Assembly (NCBI GenBank): GCA_014799665.1
Contig: JAAVHP010000010.1
Span: 1-32,000 of the forward strand
DNA length: 32,000 bases
Direction of reading: 5' to 3'
Source: Clostridiales bacterium
Lineage (GTDB): Bacteria > Bacillota > Clostridia > Christensenellales > Pumilibacteraceae
Part shown: piece by piece, positions 1 through 9,559 of the stretch
How positions within the stretch are numbered: the stretch's first letter is position 1
Layout of the letters: every line of letters starts with the position of its first letter
The notes under the pieces: model-generated
The model's input: the letters and a program-made list of their open reading frames with translations, nothing else
Database searches by the model: none
Told to the model about the DNA's origin: nothing
Made by a program: the position numbers and the translations under genes

Positions 1-315
1 CTCGTCGATTTTGAGTAGCGACGGGAACCGCTCGCCCGTTTCGTTGACTTGCTCTTGCTCGTCCGCTTCCTCATCCCCGTCTTTCAATAGATCTTCGGGC
101 GCGCTGTCGGGCTTGTCGGTAGCTTCCGCATCGCCCACTTTCTTATCGATAATGATTTTAGACCGACTGTCCGCCACGAGCACGGACACAATCAAAAGCG
201 CCACTAGCGCGATAATAACTATGGCGTAGATAAGAATGGCTATACCCGAGGTGATATACTCCCAAATCTCGTTTATGCCGTTCAAATATTCGTTTGTAAC
301 AAACCCGTAAGGCAT
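1..315 (-). CDS. hypothetical single-pass membrane protein, first 105 codons only (ORF continues past the left edge)
   Basis: ATG at 315-313 follows GAGGTG about 5 nt upstream. Hand translation is open for all 105 codons to nt 1: MPYGFVTNEYLNGINEIWEYITSGIAILIYAIVIIALVALLIVSVLVADS..., one hydrophobic helix then an acidic linker. It is absent from the ORF track because no stop lies in the window. The plus ORF 11..229 is its antisense shadow. Confidence 0.55.
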   Translation of the reverse strand, partial: MPYGFVTNEYLNGINEIWEYITSGIAILIYAIVIIALVALLIVSVLVADSRSKIIIDKKVGDAEATDKPDSAPEDLLKDGDEEADEQEQVNETGERFPSLLKIDE

Positions 316-323
316 ATCCACCT

Positions 324-3300
324 CTAACCGTTAAATACGTTAAGCACCGTCAAGCAATGCCCGATATTATCGTCTCCGAAGCAGCTACCGAAGACCGCGG
401 CAAGCTCGGGATCGTCCGCCGAAAGCTTACCTTTAAGCGCGTACGCGATATGCGGCGCAAGCTTCATGGCGACTGCGGTATCGAGCGCTTCCACACCGTC
501 CGCGCCGCACTCCAAGCACACCGAGATTATCTTTTCCATCTGAACGCAAGCCTTGTTGCCGAGATTCAACGCAGTCCGCGCCGAAACGAAGCTTTCGAGC
601 TTGTCGAGCCGCTTCCAAAGCTGCTCGTCTATATCGAACGCATTTTCGGTCGCCGCGCACGCCGCGCCGAACTGGTAATAGTTGGGCGAAGTCACCATGC
701 CGCCCGCGGGCGCAACGCGCGAAACCTTGGGAATTATCACCGCCGCCATATCTGCTATGTACGCGGGATAACGCTTGTACGCGCGCTCGTCCAACCGCAT
801 GATAAACCAAAGATTAGGAGAAACGTTAAGCGCGCGCTTGTTCCTGCCGAATGTCACCGTCATGCTATCGGGCGCGGTCGCGTACCTAATGAACGGCACG
901 AACACCTCGCCGAGAATATCTGTACTTACGTTGTCGAGCGAAACGAGCGTCATCACGTCGCGGTGCGTTTCGGCAAACCCGATCGCCGACGTGAGCGCCG
1001 TGTCGTTGCCGTTGATAAAAAGATTATCGCTGTTTACGTAGCTTGCGCTGTCGTCCTTACTCAGCGCGCATCCGCAAAACGCGCTTAGCGCTTCCGATAG
1101 CATAGCAAACTCGCTTTGCGAGCATTTAAAGAGCACCGCACGCGACGCCGAGAACGCGCCGACTATCTCACGCGCGGTTTTTTGGTCGATACCCACACCC
1201 TTGCTCTTGCCCGCCGATATAAGCCACCCGACGAGCGTTTTGGCGGTAACGCCGTCGTCGATATACATGGAGTAGTCATCCTGCCCGTCGTCCTCGAACT
1301 CGTCGTCCGCAATGTCGGGACTGTCGTCCTCGAACTCATCGGCGAACAGCTTTTCGAACGAGAACGATTCTGCGGGGCGCGCCGAGTTAAAGCCTTTTTT
1401 GTCGACGGCGGAAAAGTCAGGTGCTTCGTCGAAGCCCTCCAAATAGTCGCTCATATTTCCGCGTTTAGTGAATGTCGCGCCCGACACCTCAACCGCGCCG
1501 CGCAAACGAATATCGGTACACGACGCACCTACGTAAATTTCGTATCTGCCGCCCTCGGTCTTGCGCGTTCCCGTAGCCTCATCGAACGTGTCAAGCATAG
1601 CGGCGTTAATGGGGAAAGTTATGTGCACGGATGAGTTGGGCTGAATAAGCGTTTTGGCAAATCCCTTAAGCTCCTTAACGGGGCGCGGCACCGCCGAATC
1701 GGTCTTGCCCACATAGAGCTGCGCAACCTCGTACGCGGGAACGGAACCCACGTTCTTAACTGTCACCTCGATATTCTCTGGCGTAATGACAAGGTTGGAG
1801 TACTCGAACTTGGCGTACGAAAGCCCGTACCCGAAGGGATACTTGATCCTGCGGTTTTCGGTCGTGTACCGTCTGTACCCGACGAACTCGCCCATCTTGA
1901 ACTTATTGTTCCTAACGCAATTTCTAAGATACGCCATAGCCTCGTCGGTATCGTCGTAAGCCGAGCACGCAAGCTTGCCCGACGGTGAAGCGCCGAAAAT
2001 AATATCGAACAACGCATTAAGCGTACCCGAGCCGCCGAGCGGAACGGACAGCGATGCGTGGACGTTATTATCGAATTTCATATCGACTATCGCGCCGCAA
2101 ACTACGGCTATTACCTTTTTCCCCGAACGCAAAAGCGTATCCAAAAGAACGAGCTGGTTTGCGGGCAGCTTGACCGACCGCGTATCTTGAAGCTTTTGCT
2201 CGCGCCGCGCGCCGAGCCCCAAAAACGCGACCACTATATCGCAATCCTTTGCAAGACTCGCCGCGCCCTGTAAAAGCTCGTCACTTCGGTCCTGGTCCAA
2301 GCGGTAGCCGTCGGCGTACCCGACGAAAGTCGAGCCGCTCGCTTCTACGGAAGATTTGATCGACTTTACGTGATCGGGGTAAGCGGAAAGGATCTCGCCC
2401 ACCGCGCCGATACGAACATTCCTAACGGGCAGCACGTTATCGGCGTTTTTCAAAAGAACAATACTTTCGAGCGCCGCGCCATAAACCTGACGCTTGGAAT
2501 AATCGCTTTGACCGTTGCCCGCCGCGTAATGTTTGCGCGCACGCTGTAATTTTTTACCGAACTCTATAACATTATCTACGGCGGTATCGAGCGTTTCGGT
2601 AGAGATCGCCGTACCGCGCTCGATCGCGGTTTTCAATTCTTCAAGAGATATAGAGCCGCGCTCCACGTCCTCTTTCATGCGCTTATAATTTTTGAGCGCA
2701 GACCGCACTGCAGCGGGCGACGACCCGATAAACAAAAGCTTATCCTTGCCTATGCCGCTGCGCAAGGCTTCTTCGTACGCGCCATCCACAATCACCGTTT
2801 TGGTAACGTTCTTTTCGAGGTTTCTGTTTACTATATTATCGTTTACTTCCTTGTAGCTTCCTTTCAGCTTGCCATACGAAAGCCTTACCGCGCTCGGCTC
2901 GCGGTTGCGCATGACCATGTCGAACGCTTTACCGTAAAGCTCATTGATTGCTCGTGGGTCGGGCTTTAAGTCGGAGTAGTCTGCGTCGATTTGTCTTACG
3001 CTTCCGCCGATAACGCACGCCGCCGCGCCCGTATCCTCGATAGCAGTCACCGCCGCCCCGCCGATTTTTGCCGAAAGGAAGGGATCCTCGGACAGTCCGC
3101 TTGAATACGCACTACTCTTAAAACTCACATCGGGCGCGAACACGAGGTTGTATTTCTCGGCGCCGCTGCGTTGCATAATATCGCTTACCACCTGCGTAAT
3201 AAGCTTGGGGTTCCACGAGGAAGCGAGCGAGGACAGCGCGGGATAAACCGCGTCGCCGCCGAACAGAGCGCATACGTTTTCGAGCGTGGTGCTTTCTATG

Positions 3301-3416
3301 CGCGGCACGCCGAGCGAAGTCAACGCGTCGCTCGCTGTGGCATTTATATCAGTGGCAAACGCGATCTTTTGATCGTCCGTCAGCTTACTTATAATATCTC
3401 TGTTTTTAAGCATCAT
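324..3416 (-). CDS. glycoside hydrolase family 3-like protein with a ~376-aa non-GH3 C-terminal extension; probably not a working glycosidase
   Basis: 1030-aa ORF. The blocks LSEDPFL, VLLKNADNVLP, KLPANQLVLLDTL, KKVIAVV, PSGKL, GYRRY, YPFGYGLSY and KELKGFAKT follow the GH3 order (N domain, alpha/beta sandwich, Fn3-like). The ATGATG start overlaps the upstream stop by 11 nt. There is no signal peptide. The last ~376 aa (nt 327-1454) are unrelated to GH3. Confidence 0.8.
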   Translation of the reverse strand: MMLKNRDIISKLTDDQKIAFATDINATASDALTSLGVPRIESTTLENVCALFGGDAVYPALSSLASSWNPKLITQVVSDIMQRSGAEKYNLVFAPDVSFKSSAYSSGLSEDPFLSAKIGGAAVTAIEDTGAAACVIGGSVRQIDADYSDLKPDPRAINELYGKAFDMVMRNREPSAVRLSYGKLKGSYKEVNDNIVNRNLEKNVTKTVIVDGAYEEALRSGIGKDKLLFIGSSPAAVRSALKNYKRMKEDVERGSISLEELKTAIERGTAISTETLDTAVDNVIEFGKKLQRARKHYAAGNGQSDYSKRQVYGAALESIVLLKNADNVLPVRNVRIGAVGEILSAYPDHVKSIKSSVEASGSTFVGYADGYRLDQDRSDELLQGAASLAKDCDIVVAFLGLGARREQKLQDTRSVKLPANQLVLLDTLLRSGKKVIAVVCGAIVDMKFDNNVHASLSVPLGGSGTLNALFDIIFGASPSGKLACSAYDDTDEAMAYLRNCVRNNKFKMGEFVGYRRYTTENRRIKYPFGYGLSYAKFEYSNLVITPENIEVTVKNVGSVPAYEVAQLYVGKTDSAVPRPVKELKGFAKTLIQPNSSVHITFPINAAMLDTFDEATGTRKTEGGRYEIYVGASCTDIRLRGAVEVSGATFTKRGNMSDYLEGFDEAPDFSAVDKKGFNSARPAESFSFEKLFADEFEDDSPDIADDEFEDDGQDDYSMYIDDGVTAKTLVGWLISAGKSKGVGIDQKTAREIVGAFSASRAVLFKCSQSEFAMLSEALSAFCGCALSKDDSASYVNSDNLFINGNDTALTSAIGFAETHRDVMTLVSLDNVSTDILGEVFVPFIRYATAPDSMTVTFGRNKRALNVSPNLWFIMRLDERAYKRYPAYIADMAAVIIPKVSRVAPAGGMVTSPNYYQFGAACAATENAFDIDEQLWKRLDKLESFVSARTALNLGNKACVQMEKIISVCLECGADGVEALDTAVAMKLAPHIAYALKGKLSADDPELAAVFGSCFGDDNIGHCLTVLNVFNG

Positions 3417-6400
3417 TCCCCCCGTAGTAGAAGGTTAAGTTGATAATATTTGCGGTGATATACCCGTAATTACCGAACGTGGTAAACGTAATCGTGATTT
3501 CCGTGTCGGCGACCAGCTCGCTCGAAAAATAGGTATAATAATAGTTATAGCCATTGCAAGACGAATACTCGACGCCGTCGATACTCACCGTAATTCTATC
3601 GTTATAGTTGCCGTTCACCATAAAACCGAACTCGACCCTAGCGTCTCTTTTAAGCGTAATAGTAAGCGTAGAGGCGCTACATGCGGAAATCGTGCCGTCA
3701 TCGCTCACGGCGAACGCACCGTCGTTATCTACCGAAGCGCATGACAGCGTGCCGAAATTATCCTCGGTCACGACCTCACGTTTAAGCTTACAAAACCTGC
3801 ACTCGTCGTTTACAAAGTCGTGCGCAATCGGCTCGATTTCTTCTGTAAGCTTCCTATTGCATTCGGGGCAAATTATTTCTTTCTCGCCCGCCGTCAAGCA
3901 TGTCGGTTCTTTGGTTACTGTGTAATCACTCTCGTCAAAGCGGGTGAGCGAAACGGTAGGCTGACCATACTCGTACCGCCACAACCGCGTTCCGCTTTCA
4001 TGAATACACGCCGAGTAAAGGTACGCGTAATAGTTTTCATTCCCCGCTACGCCGCCCCACTCTGCCTCGGTACCGAGGAAGAAAACGGTAGGCGCATAAT
4101 ATCCGAACGCTCGGATTGCAACGGAGCTTACGCTCTTTCCGAAAACTACGGAAGACAGCGAGCCGCCGTTCATTAAAGCATAGCCGCGCACCGCATAGCT
4201 TGTTACCTCGCTCCCGTTGAGCGTTGGTTTTTCGGGTAGCTTAGCCGAATCGTACGCGCTTTCTATATCGTAAAGAGTCCACGCCTTGCCGTCGCCGACA
4301 AACGAATAGGTAACGCCGTCCTCGGTAACCTTGTCGTATGTAAGCGATATTTCTTTATCACCCAAAACGACAGGCGCGACCGTGAAATGCTCAGCTGTGA
4401 TTTGTCCGCTCTTGTCGACCACAGACAAAATACGGTAGTTATTGGAAAACGCCGTCGCGCTCACTCTTACAACGGTAGAAGGAAAGGAAACGAAGCCGAG
4501 CGACTGGCACGCCTCGAACGCGCTTTCGCCTATCGTCGTAAGCCCTTCTGGAAGAACAACACTTTCGAGCGTATAGCAGTTATAGAACGCATACCGCTCT
4601 ATCTGTTGCACAGCGCCACCGAACGAAAGCGACTCTATAGCGTTGTTAAATGCGAATGCATACGCCCCGATCGTGCCGATATCGCCGTTGAATTGCAACG
4701 AAGCACGCAAATTTACAAACGCAAATCCGCCTATCTCGTCGACCCTACCGAGCGACAGACTCTTTAAACCGCTGCCGCTGAACGCATATTCGCCTATCGA
4801 TCCGATATATCCGTCGTTGTCGAAACTTTCGAGATTGACGCACTCGCCGAACGCGTTATCGCCAATGCTTCCGACAGTCCCGAAATCGACGGCGGTCAGC
4901 TGACCGCAACCCTTAAACGCGTAATCGCCGACAGTCCCCACATCGCTTGCGACGAAGCTTTTAATAGAACTGTTCGAAAACGCGTTATCCCCGATAACGC
5001 CGACTTTGCCCGCATTAAAGGTAAACTCGCCGCTGTTCGAAAAAGCACTCTCGCCGATTTCGGTAATTGTTGCCGTCGCCGTAAACGATTTTAACCGCCA
5101 CTTGCCGCTGAACGCTCTATCGCCTATGCGAATACCGTCATAGCCGCCCGAGGAAATCTCTACGCTTTCGAGCTGAGTGAACGTAGAAAACTCGTCGGTG
5201 ATTTCTTCCGTGACCGCACCGAGGCGTAGCGCCGTTACTTCTCTCATGCCGTCGAATATACTCTCGTGCCAATAGGAAATGGGATTGCGGTAAATGCCGA
5301 ACTTATCCACCCTTTCGCCGCCGTACGTAAACGGCAGGAGCGTAAGCGACGTCGCGTTCTCGTCTACGACGTCGACAGCCCACCACGACGTTTCGTCCAT
5401 ATTAAGCTTATAATACTCTACGCCGCTGACCGTGGTCTTATCGAGCCCGTCATTCGTATTTGCAAACACTGCGGAAGCGTACCGCGCAACGCCGCCGTTG
5501 TCGGTCGCACCCACCGTAATATCAAGCGAACCGAGGTCGTACACCTCGAAAAGCCTGTAACACCCGTAAAACGCGCTGTCCTGTATTTCGGTAACGGAGG
5601 ACGGCAATGTAAAGCTTTTAAGCCTGTCGCACGAGCCGAACGCGTATTCGTAAATCGTATTCACTCCGTTTGCGAGGTTCGCGTTTTTCAAATTAGCGCA
5701 ACCGTCGAACGCGTGCCCGCCGATAGCCGTAACGTTTTTCGGTATAGTCACCGACCTTAAATTACGGTTGCCGTACAAAAGCCCGCTGAACAGCGAATAT
5801 CGGGTAAACTCGTGCTCGCCTACGCTGACGCTTGATTCGAAAACCAAATCTTCTTTATCCGTCGCACAGTCGATAAGGTAATACTCGCCGTCGGCAAGCA
5901 CGTATTTATTGTCACCGCTTACGATCGTAGTAAGCGCTTTTTCATCTCTATCGGTATGTACGGCAAGGATATTATAGCCGTCTATCGCGAGCGAATTACC
6001 CGAATAGTCGAACACCTCGTAAAGCTTGTAGCTCCCGTCGAACGCGCTAGCATCGATACCCTTGATCTCGCAGTCCAATACGATTTGCTCCAAGTATCGG
6101 CAGTTCATAAATGCGGACGCCTGGATATACTCACTATCGGTAACGGTAACCTTTTTAAGCTCCGTAAGCTCGCGCGCACCGAGATAGTACATATCCATAT
6201 TCCAATAATATTCGGTACCGATCGGGCGCTCCGTGCCCACAAACGGAACAGACAAGCTTTCGAGCGACGAACATCCGAAAAAAACATTCGTGCCGAAATA
6301 AGTAACGCTGTTTGGAATAACAAGCGAAGTAAGCGACGAACAGTCGTAAAACGCATAGTTACCGACGGAGGTAATACCCTTCTCGGGCAACGTTATATTC

Positions 6401-8811
6401 TCAACGCTCTCGCACCCGTAGAACGCGTCTTCGGGTAAGCTTGTTCCACCCGTCACCGTAATGTTTTTAAGCGCGGACGGTACGGCCTCGCTCGCGTTTC
6501 CGTTCCACCCGAACAAGTACCCGATCGTACCGTTCCCGTCGCTCATGCCGACGAACGGCAAAGTGAGCGAGGTTAGGTTATCACAAGCCGAAAACACGCC
6601 CCTGCCGAGCGATTTTATATTATCTTCGACTACGAACTCGGTAAAGCCCGTGCACCCGACGAACGCGTAATCGCCTATCGCCGTGACCGTGCTCGGTATA
6701 TCGAGTTCGGTAATGCCGGTACAGCCGCCGAATGCGTGTTCGCCTATCGACGTAAGCCCGTCGGAAAGAACGAAGTCGGTTATGCTATCACATCCATAAA
6801 ACGCGCCGTCACACAAAACCTCGCTGTCGGTAACGACCACGAGTTTGAGCGTGTCGGGCACCGTATCGTAGCCGATATGGCTAGGCTCGTCAAAGATATG
6901 CGAGAGCCCGCCGTCACCATCGCGCGACTCGCCTACGAACGGCGCGGTAAAGCTTATGAGCGGACAGCCCGCAAACGCACCCATACCGACCGACTTCACG
7001 GAATCGGGCAGCGTGATATCTACGACCGCGGTTTTTGCAAACGCGCAATCGCCTATATCGACTACGCCATCGGGCAAGTTGATACTTGTAACATTTTCGC
7101 AATTTTCAAACGCCGAGTCGCCTATCTCGATAAGCCGATTACAATCGAGTTCGATTTCGCTCAACCCCGAGCAATCGGTAAATGCGCCTTGCTGTATACG
7201 TACAAGCTCGGAACCTTGCTCGAAGTTCAATAATTTAAGTCCGCCGCAACCTTTAAAAGCATCTTGCTCAATCGACAAAACGGCAGAAGGTATCGTCACC
7301 CTTTCGAGCGCGGAACACTCGTAAAAAGCCGCCTCACCGATCGCCGTCAAAACGTCGTTATCGGTAAAGTCCACGGAAGCGAGCTTACCGTTTGCAGCAA
7401 AGCATTTTGTTCCCAGCCCTTCAACGGCGGTCAGATCGAACTCGGTAAGCGAGCTGTTCATAAACGCGCAATTGCCGATAGAGGTTATTGGCGTAGGGCT
7501 GACGAACTCAGCAAGGTTTATGCACCCGTTGAACGCGCTCTCGCCCACGGTAGCGCTTTCGAGCGAACCCACCTCGAACTTTTCTATATCGAGCGACGCG
7601 CAGAAATTATCGGGAATAAATTGCAGAGAATCGATAGTAAGCGAGCCGACCTTGCCGCTCGCACCGAACACATTGAAAATGTTTATTTCGCTCGCCCTAC
7701 CCGAAACGTCGAAAGACAGTAAATGCAGTTCGTCGACAACGGAGCTCTCGAAATAATTACGCATGCCGTTACAGAACGAGAAATCGATCGGTCTGGCGAA
7801 ATCCACACTATCGATAACACACTGTGAAAAAACGAGCCGACCTAGCTTTAACGGTGTTTCGCTTTCCTCGACTACAACCGATTTAAGATTTACGCAACCG
7901 TAAAACGCTCCGAGCGAAATGACGTCAATCTTATCGGTGATCGTCACGTTTTCAAGACTGATGCAGCTTCGGAACGCGCCCTCGCCTATCTGCGTGATAT
8001 TGCCGAAGCCGACCGATTTCAAATTTTTGCACCCGTCGAACGCGTATTCGGAGATAGCAATCTCGCCCTCGAAATCAATACACGTAACCGCGGTGTTGCC
8101 CGCAAACGCACGCGCATCGAGGCTCTTAACCTCGTGTCCGTCTATATCGGCGGGAATAACCACACGCGCGGACTTGCCTCGATAGCCGACCACTTTTACA
8201 TCGCCGTCCCTCGCTTCTTGATCAATAAACGCATACTCCACCCCTGCGTGAAGAAAGGTTTTTTCGGTCGCCTTAAAGTATACGAGAAAACCGAAAATCG
8301 CCGCTACGGCAAAAATAAGCGCCAATATGAGGACGACGGTAATCGCAACGGGCGTTTTATCTCGGCGCGCCGTTACAGAAATAACGTCCTTATCTGTTTT
8401 GTTATCCGTCGAAATCTGCTTTTGATTTACCTCTTTTTTCTCAGCAAAATCAACGGCAACCTTACCACCGCTCATTCGGTACGTATATTCTCCGTATGTT
8501 GCGGAAGAAACGGTAACCTTGCAATCGACCGTACCACTCGGCACAGGCAAACGCTTATCGCAAACGACAGTATTATTGGGAGGACAGATCGCGTCCGCTT
8601 TTTCTTTGGACTTGCCTATAACTCTCCCCGCCTCGTCGTACGCGACGATACCGAAAGTAACCGAATTAAGACGCTCGCCCCGCCCGTTGCACAGTTTAAC
8701 AATGACAAACCGCTCGCCGTTTTCTTCAACGATCACGAGCTGTTTAACGTGGGCTATATCGGTCGGCTGAGAATAAGCGCACGACTTTTTGTTGATTACG
8801 CTTACGCTCAT
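3406..8811 (-). CDS. giant membrane-anchored BspA-type leucine-rich-repeat (LRR_5-like) surface protein
   Basis: 1801-aa ORF whose ATG overlaps the upstream stop (ATGA at 8808-8811). It has a single TM helix at about aa 154-179 (PVAITVVLILALIFAVAAIFGFLVYF). Dozens of ~23-aa repeats have the form AFxxCxxLxS(V/I)x(I/L)PxSVxxIGxxAF. A Cys-rich module (CLTAGEKEIICPECN...HDFVNDECRFC) and a beta-rich tail close the C-terminus. Confidence 0.85.
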   Translation of the reverse strand: MSVSVINKKSCAYSQPTDIAHVKQLVIVEENGERFVIVKLCNGRGERLNSVTFGIVAYDEAGRVIGKSKEKADAICPPNNTVVCDKRLPVPSGTVDCKVTVSSATYGEYTYRMSGGKVAVDFAEKKEVNQKQISTDNKTDKDVISVTARRDKTPVAITVVLILALIFAVAAIFGFLVYFKATEKTFLHAGVEYAFIDQEARDGDVKVVGYRGKSARVVIPADIDGHEVKSLDARAFAGNTAVTCIDFEGEIAISEYAFDGCKNLKSVGFGNITQIGEGAFRSCISLENVTITDKIDVISLGAFYGCVNLKSVVVEESETPLKLGRLVFSQCVIDSVDFARPIDFSFCNGMRNYFESSVVDELHLLSFDVSGRASEINIFNVFGASGKVGSLTIDSLQFIPDNFCASLDIEKFEVGSLESATVGESAFNGCINLAEFVSPTPITSIGNCAFMNSSLTEFDLTAVEGLGTKCFAANGKLASVDFTDNDVLTAIGEAAFYECSALERVTIPSAVLSIEQDAFKGCGGLKLLNFEQGSELVRIQQGAFTDCSGLSEIELDCNRLIEIGDSAFENCENVTSINLPDGVVDIGDCAFAKTAVVDITLPDSVKSVGMGAFAGCPLISFTAPFVGESRDGDGGLSHIFDEPSHIGYDTVPDTLKLVVVTDSEVLCDGAFYGCDSITDFVLSDGLTSIGEHAFGGCTGITELDIPSTVTAIGDYAFVGCTGFTEFVVEDNIKSLGRGVFSACDNLTSLTLPFVGMSDGNGTIGYLFGWNGNASEAVPSALKNITVTGGTSLPEDAFYGCESVENITLPEKGITSVGNYAFYDCSSLTSLVIPNSVTYFGTNVFFGCSSLESLSVPFVGTERPIGTEYYWNMDMYYLGARELTELKKVTVTDSEYIQASAFMNCRYLEQIVLDCEIKGIDASAFDGSYKLYEVFDYSGNSLAIDGYNILAVHTDRDEKALTTIVSGDNKYVLADGEYYLIDCATDKEDLVFESSVSVGEHEFTRYSLFSGLLYGNRNLRSVTIPKNVTAIGGHAFDGCANLKNANLANGVNTIYEYAFGSCDRLKSFTLPSSVTEIQDSAFYGCYRLFEVYDLGSLDITVGATDNGGVARYASAVFANTNDGLDKTTVSGVEYYKLNMDETSWWAVDVVDENATSLTLLPFTYGGERVDKFGIYRNPISYWHESIFDGMREVTALRLGAVTEEITDEFSTFTQLESVEISSGGYDGIRIGDRAFSGKWRLKSFTATATITEIGESAFSNSGEFTFNAGKVGVIGDNAFSNSSIKSFVASDVGTVGDYAFKGCGQLTAVDFGTVGSIGDNAFGECVNLESFDNDGYIGSIGEYAFSGSGLKSLSLGRVDEIGGFAFVNLRASLQFNGDIGTIGAYAFAFNNAIESLSFGGAVQQIERYAFYNCYTLESVVLPEGLTTIGESAFEACQSLGFVSFPSTVVRVSATAFSNNYRILSVVDKSGQITAEHFTVAPVVLGDKEISLTYDKVTEDGVTYSFVGDGKAWTLYDIESAYDSAKLPEKPTLNGSEVTSYAVRGYALMNGGSLSSVVFGKSVSSVAIRAFGYYAPTVFFLGTEAEWGGVAGNENYYAYLYSACIHESGTRLWRYEYGQPTVSLTRFDESDYTVTKEPTCLTAGEKEIICPECNRKLTEEIEPIAHDFVNDECRFCKLKREVVTEDNFGTLSCASVDNDGAFAVSDDGTISACSASTLTITLKRDARVEFGFMVNGNYNDRITVSIDGVEYSSCNGYNYYYTYFSSELVADTEITITFTTFGNYGYITANIINLTFYYGGNDA

Positions 8812-9500
8812 TTCTTCACCCCGTTCCTTTTACGCCGTACGGCAAATGTCGATACTACCGTGATAATATCAACAAGCACAAGCGCGGCGGCGACCAGGCC
8901 GGAAACAAGATTACTGCGCGAAACGTGCCAAAAACTTTCGGCGTACAGCCCGCCGAAGATATACCCCATGCACACGCGAATACCGTAAACTGCCGCGGCA
9001 AGAAGCACAGCGTTCACAATGCAAAATCCAAAGATGCGTTTTCCCGAAACATTTTCAACTATATTATGATCAAACTTAACGCCGTCCGCCTCGTTGATTA
9101 CGAGAGACACGTTCACCGTGTCGAACGGTAGCTCTACGGCGTGCGTATAGTCGCCGCCGCCCACGTCGTCCTTAACGTTGAATACGCGCCTTACGTTGCT
9201 CTTGCCGTCGAACACGACCACGTCGTAGTCCAAACGGTCGATAGGCTTATTAAGCTTGCAAACTAGCACGCGCTTGCCGTCACGGTCGGATAAAGCGTAG
9301 CGGCTTATGTACTCGCTCGTTTCTTCCGTCGGATAAAACACCATGCCGCGATTATCTTTGCCATCGCCTGATTTTACGAAACGGTCGGAAGAAGCGGACA
9401 CGGAATAGCGCGTGGAAAAAAACAGCTTTGGGAAAGCTCCCAAGGCAAGCGCTAAGTACGCGGCTATTATAACTATAAGTAAAGCAACAAAGCCCGCCAT
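8808..9500 (-). CDS. hypothetical membrane protein (N-terminal TM, ~100-aa soluble domain, C-terminal TM helices)
   Basis: I start the ORF at ATG 9500 (MAGFVALLIV...), which has GAGG 7 nt upstream. The track start at 9530 is a TTG with no RBS and lies inside the U-tract of the upstream terminator. The stop overlaps the next start. Confidence 0.7.
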   Translation of the reverse strand: MAGFVALLIVIIAAYLALALGAFPKLFFSTRYSVSASSDRFVKSGDGKDNRGMVFYPTEETSEYISRYALSDRDGKRVLVCKLNKPIDRLDYDVVVFDGKSNVRRVFNVKDDVGGGDYTHAVELPFDTVNVSLVINEADGVKFDHNIVENVSGKRIFGFCIVNAVLLAAAVYGIRVCMGYIFGGLYAESFWHVSRSNLVSGLVAAALVLVDIITVVSTFAVRRKRNGVKK

Positions 9501-9526
9501 AAGAACCTCTTCACTGTTTTTTCGCA

Positions 9527-9559
9527 ACAAAAAATTACGACGAAGGTCTCGTCGTAATT
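9527..9559 (-). terminator. rho-independent terminator after leuS
   Basis: On the minus strand an 11-bp perfect stem AATTACGACGA / TCGTCGTAATT (9533-9543 and 9549-9559) with a 5-nt loop is followed by TTTTTTG. Confidence 0.55.

Noticed and set aside
11-229. Plus-strand 72-aa ORF at the left edge.
   Set aside because: It is Ser-rich and has no RBS. The opposite strand carries a better-supported ORF with an RBS, an ATG at 315 and a clear TM helix.
3418-3423. C6 (G6 on the coding strand) homopolymer at the LRR-gene / GH3-gene overlap, as a phase-variation switch.
   Set aside because: Six residues is short for slipped-strand switching. The tract also serves as the purine-rich RBS of the downstream gene. 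There is no evidence of length heterogeneity in a single sequence.
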